Shown here: positions 40,135-52,190 of the stretch, piece by piece
Position numbering within the stretch: the first letter of the stretch is position 1
Layout of the letters: each line of letters opens with the position of its first letter
DNA from: Ruditapes philippinarum
Lineage: Eukaryota
DNA length: 64,000 nt
Reading direction: 5' to 3'
NCBI RefSeq assembly: GCF_026571515.1
Contig: NW_026851668.1
Coordinates: 62,001 to 126,000 of the forward strand
The notes under the pieces: generated by a model
The model's input: the letters and a program-made list of their open reading frames with translations, nothing else
The model's database searches: none
What the model was told of the DNA's origin: nothing
Translations under genes and position numbers: made by a program

Positions 40135-42519
40135 TTAACCAATAGCTATTTTTATACCCAGGCATCTATTACAAACCCTTTATCCTGTTTGATTGCAATA
40201 TGTTAGAAGACACAGTAAAAAAAATCTTACATGGGCACGTCCATTTTTGTCTGTCTGGACAACACGTACCACTCTGGGAAGTTTTCTATATGACCTAGCA
40301 CTGCTCAAAATGAATAGTGATAAAATGACCCGGATCGTGACCTGCACTGGTCGCATGGTATAATTTAATGTGCCCTTACTCCAAACCTTTGTAGGCTATA
40401 TTTTTAAACATAAATATTTTAAAGTTATAAGAGTGTCACGATGGTCCTTTCCCTTTTCGTTTTTATTCACAGGTCACATTTTGTATGATTGTGATTATTT
40501 CAGGGGAAAATGTATTATTTTATGGGTTTTTTTTTATTTTTACCTACGATTCGTACGTATAAACCAGTGAATTTTTTGTTTTGTTTGTCTTCTTTTTTTC
40601 CATCTAACTGCAAATTTTTTCCTCGTGTTTCTGTCAAGGATTATGTTATGTTTCATATTAAATTAATTAACATCATTCTATGAATGTTTATGTTTAACAG
40701 TACTCCGATTAAAAAGTTTTTTACTGAGATTTCTTAATAAGACGAAAATAACGTGATTTACGTGCAAAAAAAAAGAGAACGACATCGGTGATAATCGGTA
40801 AATGTTACTGCCGACACTCCTAAACTGACCATTGTGTATCATATAAAAAAAACTCCTGCCAAACTTGGATTACTTAGCTACAGACACTTTGGAGTTTTAT
40901 GGGACGTTTATGAGTGGGTTTTTTTACTGTTGGTAGTAATTCAAATAGGCAATTAAGTGTTGATATATGAATTTAGTTATCAAACAAATGTTACGTTACT
41001 AAAATCAGCTCCTAAATAATGCTAGGCATAAGGATCTGACGGTCAGCAATAGGTTGTCACCTTCTCCTGATTTTCAAACAGCCAATCATGGGCGAGTTTT
41101 CACAATTTTGAATGTGATGCGGTGTCTAATTTTAACCGCAGGAAAACCAATACTGAGTAGGTAATTTTTCACGATTTCGAGAACAAACATCGCTTTGTCC
41201 ATATTGCCTGCTTGTAAACTGGCAATGCAAGCTTACCCATTAAAAAGTGTGTCTATTATTTCCAGTTAACTTGTTTCAAATAACTTCAAACATTTTTTTT
41301 TCTTACAAAAAATCAACAATTTGTTTTACTTCCACGGACAATGATTTTTTGATATTCGTCTAATGCCTATCTTTAATAACCGGTTTGATTGCATGGCTCA
41401 AAATAGCTTTCTCGGGAAATCCGAATCATAATGAAGGCGAAACATATACGGTGGTTATCAGATCTACATGTAAGAAATAAGTAAATTTGAACTTTAGTCA
41501 GATTGTGTTGCCATGTGTTTTCCTACTGACAAAATAATGAAAGGGATATAACTCGTTTTGAATAAGTCGTCGATTGTCTCCCTTATGTTTAGGAATTGCA
41601 TTGTTAATTTCTTGTTGAAGAATTCTATATATTTTATCACCTTTGTCTTTTTGTTTTAAACCATAAATATAGATTTAATAAATGTTATAACAACAGTCTA
41701 ATTTTATTGTCATTTGCAAGATCACAAATATTCAAAACCTACGAACGACCTCTTTAGTTTAAGATCTGGGATCACATGTACATTTGTATCTGATAACAAA
41801 AAAACAAAAACAAAAACAAAAAAAGCAAAAAAATCAACAATGATGGCTATATTTTATTATTTGGAAAAAAAAATATATATAAAAAGGATATCAAATCGAT
41901 ACTGTATTTTATTTTAAAAAAGTTTTGATTAACATCTTTGAATGGTATATCGTATCAATGACACATTAATGGATTATCTCACACTTAAGATAAAATAAGG
42001 GGGTATTTCTGTTTCAGCATTTACTTACATTGAAAACTTTCTATTGAGATCTATAAAGTAAATTGGCAATATCGATAACTTACGATTGAATCTTTTTTGT
42101 AGATAAAGATTCCTTTTGAACGTTGCCATTAGATAGCTCACTGTGGACCTAGTAAGAGAGCCTTTTGCTACAAAAATACGTGAAGTTAATTAACTAGCTG
42201 AAAACATCGCCATTCGTGTTATTATAAACAATTCCAATGCCGGTGTAACGTTGTAAACTGACCCCCATAAAATAATGACACCCGGTCAATATTTTATATA
42301 AAATAATGACCCCCCCCCCCCACCCAGTCATTAATATTACGACCGGAAAGTCATAATATTATGACTCCCCTACACGTAGAACATGACCCTCGCATAGAAT
42401 AATGACCTCCTGTAGAATAATGACCCCCACCCCTCCAACCCTAACTATAAAGCCCTTGCTGGACTCTCCTTTCAAAGAAACACTGTCAATATAATTATCT
42501 CAGATGAGAAATATGGTTA

Positions 42520-43805
42520 TGTCACTTGTCCGTGCGGCCGTGCAACGATTCAGATTCTAGTCTATTTATTGATTTCTGATTAATCTCCCCTTAAGCTTAG
42601 AATTTTCCTTAAAAATATTAATTTTTACTGTTTCTTCTTTATTTCTAAAGGAATCAACTTCATACTTCAAATATATGTTCCAATCATTTACTACACCTTA
42701 TGTGATAATGTTCACAATTCTAGAACCAATATTTTCAGATTTATCTCCCATTGAATTTAGAATTTTCCTTAAATATTTATCAATTATTTACTGTTAATTC
42801 TTTATTTATTAAGAAATCAACTTCATATTCAAATATATGTTCCTTATCATTAACCACACCTTATGCAACAAGGTTAATAACTCTAGCACCAATATGTCAA
42901 GAATCGTCTCCCCTTGAACTTAGATATTTTTACTTGAAAGTGTTATTTTTTACTTACTTCTTTAGCTTTAAAGGTATCTATTTCAGTCTTCAAATTCATA
43001 TTCCTTATCATCAACCACATCTTATCTGACAAGGGTCATAACTCTTGAAGAAATATTTTCAGATTTATCTCCCCTTAAACTTAAAATTTTCTTTAAGAAA
43101 TATAACTTCTCTATTCTATAAGGTATCTATTTCAAACTTCAAATACATATTTTTTATCATTACCCACATGTTATGCGACAAGGTTCATAACTCTAGCATG
43201 ACTATTTCCGGTGTTATTTCCCCCTTGAACTTAGAATTTGTATTAACAATTGTTATTTTTACTATAACTTCTTGTCATAATTGGATAAGAGTTATAAAAC
43301 GCAAGCTCCTGTATTCCCAGAATTATCTTCAATTCATTTTTGAACGAAGAACTCAATTGTAAATTGATTTTTAGTATTATCTTTGTTATAATACATGGTA
43401 TCTACTCTAGACTTAAGATAATTAATTGTTCTTTGTCATTACTCATGCATGACAATGTTCATAACTCTAGCATCTTTTTTAAAGAGCTATTTCCTTTTTG
43501 AACATTTTTTTTTACTTTCAAATTTTCTTTTCGCCCTTATCATTTTTTGTATTTGAAGGGATTGACGTCAGATTTTAAATTGCTATCTTTTCCATTAAAA
43601 CATATAGAAATTTATGTTTAACATTTTTTGACAAGGCCATATACATATTATGTTGTGCAAAAATAAAGAACATTTGAGTGCTATCTCAGATACAGAGAGA
43701 TATTTATATCATAATTGATTTTACTTTCATAGTTATGTGTTCTTTATACGGCGTCTAGTATTTAATTAGTCGGACTTCGCTTTCTTCTGTGACAGCTCTT
43801 GTTTT
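42520..43805 (+). mobile_element. Degenerate HINE-like element with about 145-bp tandem repeats, nested in the TIR element
   Basis: Recurring tctccccttgaacttagaattt...ttcataactctag; ends gacagctcttgtt. Confidence 0.6.
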
Positions 43806-44529
43806 TAACTTAGAAGTTTATATAAAACTATTAGGCAATCCATCTCATCACTTCGCGCCTAATTTTAGGGGTATATATGAGTGTCTTATTGGTCACAAAA
43901 ATATAGAGGATTTTTGACATCACTTCCATAGCTGTCATTAAACATAGTCCTACATGCCTCAATCGCCTTATAACAATAAAAAATGAAATATTTTGCCGCA
44001 AGTTACATCTTTTTTAAATAAGACCTTGAGCCACTTTTTTTATTCAGACCAGATCACCGTTTCCTGTTTCAAAATTCTTACATTACACTGCACACATGGT
44101 ATACATTTGATGCTAATATGCCCTCTTAATGAGAAAGCAGGTATCATTAACAACATCAACCGAAGTCGGTATAGCTCCATTTTTTTTTTAAAAAATGCGT
44201 TATGCAAACGCAATTCAAGGACAGCGTTCCTTTATTGTGCGCAACTAAAATGTGTTATTTTTCTTTTATTAGCAACAATGAATGACACATTGAAGTATCT
44301 GGAGTGTCTAAGGGCATTAATTGTGAAAACAACATTCAAGAGCCGCCCTTGAAATAGCAATTAAAGTAACATGACTGTCTTGTAAGGCGAAATGTCATTA
44401 TTTATGACTGACGTTAAATTGTTTTAAAAATTCGCGATACTTTTATGATTAGAGAAGAACCATAGACGATTTTGTCGATGGAAAACTACAAACAACTTAT
44501 GCAGGTGAAAACTCAAGAATTAACAGGCT

Positions 44530-44910
44530 GCCAGGGGCGCGTAGTAAACTACGCTTAGTAGCGGGGGCGCGGAGCGAAGTTAAATAAATAAAACTTCGAC
44601 CCGCGGGGCGCGGAGCGAGATTTAAGAAATAAAATGGCGGGGTCGCGGGACGAAAACACGCTTAATAGCGGGCGCGGGGCGATGTTCAATAAATAAAACT
44701 AATAAGCGTGTTTTCAATAAAACTTCGCCCCGTACTCCTACCAAATTAGTGTGTTTCGACTATCGACCCCGCCAAGCAACAAGTCGAGATTTTATAAGAT
44801 GAATTGGCGGGGCGAAGAGCGAAAATACGCCAATTAGCGAGGGCGCGGGCGACGTTTAATAAGTAAAACTTTAATACTTTAAAATTCATTCGCTTATTCT
44901 TAGCGGGACC
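44530..44910. repeat. GC-rich palindromic repeat / MITE
   Basis: Repeated gggcgcggagcga and aataaaacttcg motifs in both orientations. Confidence 0.5.
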
Positions 44911-47149
44911 TCTGAATTTTACTTTTGTTTTGCTAGCTGTTATCGCGACAGTAGCAGCAGCAGTACCAGAAGCAGCAACAGTCACAACAACAGCACCAAC
45001 ACGTATACGCAATTGTAATATGACGTTGACTCTACAGATTATTTTAGGTGGGGTCAATATTTTATAGATAAAATAGGGGGTTACTATTTTATATATAAGG
45101 TGGTCACTATTTTACAGAAGGGGTCACTATTTGATATAAAATAATGACCGCGGGGTCATTATTCTATGGGGGGTCACTTTACAATGTTACACCGGCACAA
45201 CATTGCAATCTAATTATGGTAATGCGATTTTAATTTTGCCTTCTAAAATGATGAATGGTTTTGTCCTGATTGGAAGAAAGACAAACCCATTTAAGATATA
45301 TAGGAAAATCAAATTATAAGTGAATTTCGAACACGCACATTAACCGACCGACCCACACCTTTCTCCCTTGAACCTCATTTGTTAAGATACACGTAAACCT
45401 ACTGTACTGTTCATAATTGCTATATTTTAGTGTAAACTTTTTTTTTTATTTGCTCAGACTGAAAGATATGGATATTCCACCAATTATTTCTCTTTGTGAA
45501 AGTCTAAGTATGTGTAACATTTACATTAATCGACGTTTTTTTTCCCTATAAGTAGGCGCCTATAGAGTGTTCATACAATAATAAAGTCTGATAAAATGAA
45601 TCAAAAATTAAAGTTAAAATCTTTTCTAAGTAATGAGGTAACATTCTTTTATATTGACAGGATATACTCGAAAACACAGTTATTTTAAGACAATATACAG
45701 TTGAGTTCACTCTAAACTTCCCACCCTTTTGCACTTATAGAATAAAGTTACGTAATCTCCAACTTGATATACTTACTAACTTGCATTTCATTTTTTTATA
45801 CACGGGAAGACGAAGATTTATGACAGTGTCCAGGAATCTGACAAATAAGTTATGTAATATGAATGGTTAGTTATTCACAAGGTTTTTTTAGCAATTTTCA
45901 GAGTGGCCCACGATTATTGAAAACTCTTCATTTTCACGTATATGTAAGTATATAGAATATATCTTTAATTAAGGGCTATTTTTCCGTTTATATTTTAGGA
46001 TATTAAGTCTTTAAATCTATACGGTATCTTCAGAAATGTTTGAAATTGTATTGTCATAATTTTCCTCAATTTCACATAATATTTTTTTTGTCATCAGCGG
46101 ACATTTTATTTTTAAGGCTTTTGACGAACGTATAATTGGCTTCAAAGTGTTCATTGTTTTTGTGCAAATTAATTTAGAAACATTCAAATGACTTATGGGA
46201 CAGTCCAAATGCATGCAGTCAGCACTTTTTATTTTATCATTATTTCATGTTTAAAAAACACCGACAGCAAATGAAAAAAAATAGAGTTTGTACTTTGAGG
46301 TACCGTTTACATTTAAACTTAATGCATGGAAATATGTTTAATTTCGTTTTCAATACATGACAGTTTCTGTCTTTTTTATGTTATGGAACTGGAAAAATTA
46401 AAACGGACATGCTTTATTATTACGTTATTCTTGTGAAGATTTATACAGTTTTATTCCTCTATAAGTCCTTTTATCATATCTTTATGTCTTCTAATTTATT
46501 TCACTATATGATTTTTCCTAAATAGGATGTTAAAAGACTAACTTCGGAATGAACATATGAATATTTCGGGTTTTCCCAGCTAATCCGTAGGTAAAATCTT
46601 TTACAGTTACAGCTTCGAAAATAAGCGAAAGAGGTTTGCGGATAGTGCACCGTGAAGCCTCAACGTGTAATTATAGATCCACATTTGCCGAGTTCCGGAT
46701 AACATCTATTACTAACAGTTATTGTTTCCCCGCCTTTATATCATCTCCTAATCTTTGTTGTCTAACTGGGTACTGTATCGACAGTCATGCGTGGCTAGAT
46801 TACATATGGCCTGCATGTGTTCTATGGACGTCGCAATTGCCTTGTTCATCTTTCTCATATTTTATACACATATTTTAATTGACTTCTGTCGGTGATAATC
46901 AGTGAAATTATACTCATAAAAAGGTGAATGTCGGTGGAAACAAATAAATAACCCTTGCTTCCTGCTACGAGTTTTCAATATCTAGTATATAAAACTTGCT
47001 ATAAAGGACTTATTATCGCACACTGGTTCTCACTGGTTAGGATTACAGATTTTGTATCTGGGATAAAACATGTCATAATATTGAGATTGAAAAATATCTC
47101 GGTAAAATATCCCTGCGAATGAAGTATATAAGACATAGGTTTTGGACAC

Positions 47150-49318
47150 AGAAAAGTGCACCTCATGTAGCTTCAGAGTTATGTCCCAGACAAAGTTCAA
47201 AGAGCAATAATTCCATAATTAGGCATGGAGTTATTGCTCTTTGCACTGCACTTCTATTCAATAAGATCTATCTACCAACTTAATTTCTTGTTGACATCTC
47301 TTGTAGTTTCACACTTATTTCCCTCACTGTGTGAAATGGGCAATGATACCAAAATTAAGGAAGGCAGAATTACGGTTCTTTTGCGCTGCATATCTAAGCA
47401 ATGAGATCTATCTACCTAAAATGTTAATATCTCTTATACTTTCTGGGTCATGTCTTGGACAAGGTTTAAAGTGCAAAAAATGAACAACGGGCAATAATTC
47501 CAAATATTAGGCAAGGCAAAGTTACGTTTTTTTGCACTGATCATCTACCAATGAGCTCTATCTATATACAAAGTTTCTTTTTCATATCTTGTATAGTGTC
47601 AAAGTTATGTCCCTGACAAAGTTCAAAGTGTAAAAATAAACAAAGGGCATTAACTCCAAAATTAGGCAATGCAGAGTTACGGTTCTTTTGCACTGCACAT
47701 CTACCCCATGAGATCTATTTACATTCAAAGTGCCTTGCACATATCTCTTATTCTTTCAGAGCTATGTCTTGGACAATGTTCAAAGTATAAAATGAACAAA
47801 GGGCAATAACTCAATATTAAAGGAAGGCAGAGTTACGATTCTTTTGCATTGCACTTTTATGAGATCTATCTACCCACAAAGTTTCTTGTTGATACCTCTT
47901 ATTGTTTTAGAGGTATGTCCCGAATAAAGTTTAAAAAGTAAAAATGAACAAAGGGCAATTACATCAAAATAAAGCAAGGCAGAGTTACCGTTCTTTTGCA
48001 CTGCAGTTTAATTTCACGAGATCTATCTACCTACACATTTTGTTTTTGATATATATTATACTTTAAGAGCTGTGGTCCGGACAAAGTTAAAAGTGAAACA
48101 AGAGCGATCAGTGATCACACGTGTCGCCTCATGATGGCCAATTTCATGTTGGGACAAGTTTTGTGACAGACGGACAGACAGACGGACAGTGCACAACTAG
48201 ACTTGGTACTGATCATTCCTGTAAGGTTTGGATAAAATTGCACCACTAGTTTATGAGGTGTAGTCCGGACAAGATTTTGTGTATCTGGCAACACACAGAA
48301 AAAACACATTTTGATCAAAGGGCCATAACTCGGCCAAAAATCATTAATTCAGAAAACCCGTGCAATATGCGCAAGGACTGGAGCTACAGATCAAGCCTGT
48401 CAACTTTCATTGAAATTGCATTAGTGGTATAAGAGAAGTAGTCCGGACAAACTTTAAAAATAAAAATTATTAAATGGCCATATTAACTCTGACAAAAATC
48501 ATTGAACCGAAAAATGCTGACAATATGCACAACTAAACTTGGTACTGATCATTCCTGTAAAGATTGGATGAAATTGCACCAGTAGTTTATGAGGAGTAGT
48601 CCGGACAAGCTTTTGTGTATCTGCCAACACACAGAAAAAACACCTTTTTATCAAAGGGCCATAACTCGGCCAAAAATCATTCAACCGGAAAACCCGTGCA
48701 ATATGCGCAAGGACTTGAGCTACAGATCAATCCTTTAAAGTTTCATTGAAATTGCATTAGTGGTATAAGAGAAGTAGTCCGGACAAACTTTAAAAATAAA
48801 AATTATTAAAGGGCCATAACTCTGACAAAAATCATTGAACCGGATAATGCTGACAATATGCACAAATAGTCTTGCTACTGATCATTCCTGTAAAGTTTGG
48901 ATGAAATTGCACCAGTAGTTTATGAGGAGTAGTCCGGACAAGTTTTGTGACGGACGGGACAGACAGACGACGAAGAAGTGATCCCTATATGTCGCCACTA
49001 CTCCGTAGAGGCGACACAAAAAATGAACTGCACTGCACTTCTGCCCAATGAGATCTATGTATCTGCAAAGATTCATGTTGATATCTTTTATAGTATTAAA
49101 GTTATGTCCCGGACAAAGTTCGACAAAGGGCAATAACTCCAAAATTAGGCAAGGCAGAGTAATGATTCTTTGACACTGCAATCCTTTTCAATGCCCTCTA
49201 CCACTGTGTGCAGTTTTAACAAATTATGGCCAAGGGTTTTTAAATTTTGCTCCGGACAAAACGGACGGACAGACGGATAGGCCGGCGGCTGTATGCTCTC
49301 CGTTCGGGGATCATAAAA
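47150..49318 (-). mobile_element. HINE-like element with about 155-bp tandem repeats, split by a nested element
   Basis: Units aaagggcaataactcc...gcactgcac...atgagatctatctacc; ggac/agac microsatellite and terminal hairpin at 49260-49318. Confidence 0.75.
48097..49023 (-). mobile_element. Nested HINE-like element (second family)
   Basis: Ends aacaagagcgatcagtgatcacacgtgtcgcc and atgtcgccactactccgtagaggcgacacaaaaa; alternating tandem units with gtagtccggacaa; relics near 1790-2070, 3950-4120 and 61330-61626. Confidence 0.8.
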
Positions 49319-49638
49319 TAGAAGTATTTTAAAGTGAAAATCTAAAACTTCGGTCATTGTGATTCAATCATTATTTTACAGCTGTTGAATACAATACTCA
49401 ATCACAAAGATATTTGCCACATACGCCCTTTTTACATTGTTATTTTTCAAGAATGTCAATTTGACAAAGTTCTATTTTTTTTTTCAAATTTTATTCCCAC
49501 AAATACAAATCATATGATTATTTTGTTAACACTTTCATTTCAATACTTCTCATTTCAATACTTCTTATTTCAACTTCCTTTCATTATTTTGAATATCTTC
49601 CATTTCTTAATACGCAAATTGATTTGTTAACAAATTAT

Positions 49639-51213
49639 AAACAAGAGGGCCATGGTGGCCCTGAGGTCGCTCACCTGTATAAAGGCACCCAGAGCGGGGC
49701 AAGTTTAAACTCCAGGGCTTTTATTTGAACAAACTTGGAAGACACCCATTAGAAGATGTTTCACGATGTTAAGTTTTTACTACACACATAAAATGAAAAA
49801 CAACAATCTACCCCCCTCCTCCCCCCCCTCCCTGGCAGGGCCAATTTTAACCCAAGGGCTTTTATTTGAACAAACTTTGTAGACACCCATAAGAAGATGT
49901 TTCATGCTAAACATCTAAGCTCTAGCTCATTGGGTTTTTTTAAAAGAAGATTTTTTAAGTTTTTACTATACACATATAGTTAAAATCAATGACACCCCTG
50001 GGGCAGGGCCAATTTTGACCCCAGGGCTTTTATTTGAACAAACTTTGTAGACAATTACTAGAAGATGTTTCGTGCTTAATATCTTAACTCTAGCTATTTG
50101 GGTTTTTTCAAAGAAGATTTTTAAGTTTTTGCTATACAAATATAAGGAAAATCAATTACACATCAAGTTTTTACTATATGCATATAGGGAAAATCAATGA
50201 CCCCCTGGGGCAGGGCCAATTTTGACACCAGGGCTTTTATTTGAACAAACTTTGTAGACACTCATTAGAAGATGTTTCTTGCTTAATATCTAAACTCTAG
50301 CTATTTTAAGATTTTTAAGTTTTTACTATATGCAAATAGGGAAAATAAAAGACCCCCTGGGGCGGGGCCAAATTTGACCCAAGGGCTTTTATTTGAACAA
50401 ACTTGGAAGACACTCACTAGAAGATGTTTCATGCTTAATATCTAAACTCTACCTATTTGGTTTTTTTTTCAAAGAAGATTTTTAAGTTTTTATTATATGC
50501 ATATAGGGAAAATCAATGACCCCCTGGGGCGGGGCCAATTTTGACCCAAGGGCTTTTAATTTGAACAAACTTGGTAGACACTTATTAGAAGATGTTTCAT
50601 GCTAAATATCTTAGCTCTAGCTCTTTGGGTTTTTTAAAAGAAGATTTTTTAAGCTTTTACTATATGCATATAGAGAAAATCAAAGACCCCCTGGGGCGGG
50701 GCCAATTTTGACCCCTGGGCTTTTATTTGAACAAACTTGGTAGACACTCACTAGAAGATGTTTCATGCTAAATATCTTAGCTCTAGCTCTTTGGGTTCTT
50801 TAAAAGAAGATATTTTAAGTTTTTACTATATGCATATAGGGAAAATCAAAGACCCTCTAAGGCGGGACCAATTTTGACCCCAGGGCTTTTATTTGAACAA
50901 ACTTGGTAGACACTCATTAGAAGATGTTTCATGCCAAATATCTAAGCTCTAGCTCTTGGGGTTTTCTAAAAGAAGATATTTTTAGTTTTTTCTTTCGGTT
51001 GCCATGGCAACCAGAGTTCTGCATGGAATTAAATTCTTTGAACAATTTTTAAAGGTGACCACCAAAGGAACATTCCTGTGAAGTTTGGATGAAATTGGCT
51101 TAGTGGTTTATGAGGAGATGTCATTTAAAGTAAAAGTTTACGGACGGACGGACGACGGACGAAAAGCGATCACAAAAGCTCACCCTGTCACTTTGTGACA
51201 GGTGAGCTAAAAA
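49639..51213 (-). mobile_element. Helentron-associated interspersed element (HINE/DINE-1/pearl-like) with about 8 tandem units of about 167 bp
   Basis: Palindrome agggccatggtggccct, subTIR gctcacctg, tandem array, ggac microsatellite, hairpin agctcaccctgtcactttgtgacaggtgagct followed by aaaaa. Confidence 0.9.
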
Positions 51214-52190
51214 GTGCATAAATTAAAGATCAATAATAAGATAAAAATCTTCATTAAACAATAATTGGGAAAAAACTTGCATCCATATAAAATAGGATGA
51301 GGTTTAAAGTATATTATTAGCTGTCAATATTTATAACATGCTATATGACCCAGTATTAACTATTATAAGTTAAATCAGTGTCTCTTTGAAAGCTTATATA
51401 ACAAGCAGTCATATAACCTGAGAAAAGTGTTTATAATAAATTTATAATACAAATGCTTTCTTCAATTAAGATGTTACTTATTTATGAATTTGCAGCATCT
51501 GTGTATACAAATGTAACAAGTGTCAAATGAAAATCGATATTACAAACGTGTAAAACTCCAATTGTTGATACATTTTTAACAAAATAGTCATAACAAAGAA
51601 TAGTGATACTGCCTCTAGCGCTCTTAAAAGGGGTTTCATTGTAGGAAAAATACCTATGAAGTTTTAAAGGCACTCACAATGTTTTATGAGGAGATCCTGT
51701 GGACAGGCAAAACATTATTAATTCTTTTGGTCTCCTTTCGTTTTCCTCTTCATTTTTCCAACGTCTATGAATGTATAAATTTTTTGACACATTCGTAAAA
51801 ATCACACATGTTCTCTGATTAAAATGCCGTTAAATCCGAAGAAATTAATTCCTTCTTTCCCTTAATTGAATTTAAGTATAAGTATGTACACATACCAGTA
51901 AAATCTATAAACTATTCAATACAAAGAATAGTGTAGTAATCTTATTACCAGTATTTTTTTTATTTTCCTCACTCGTAGTAAATGTCTACGAGAATGATTC
52001 TTGCCGACCAGGTTCGTGTTTAACTGTGTCTGCATCATATTATTTGCTGCCATGGTAGACTGCATTACGATTATCAAACAAACAAACTACATTAAGTTTT
52101 ATATTTTGCTATAGGTTCTTGAGAATATTCTCCTTAGAATTTCTCGAATTTGTAATTTGTTGTTTGATGTATCAAAACAGTAACACAACT

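Larger units (their letters stand above)
42238..45197. mobile_element. Unclassified 3-kb non-autonomous TIR element carrying nested repeats
   Basis: TIRs tgccggtgtaacgttgtaaactgaccccc / gggggtcactttacaatgttacaccggca with subterminal aataatgaccc repeats. Confidence 0.8.
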
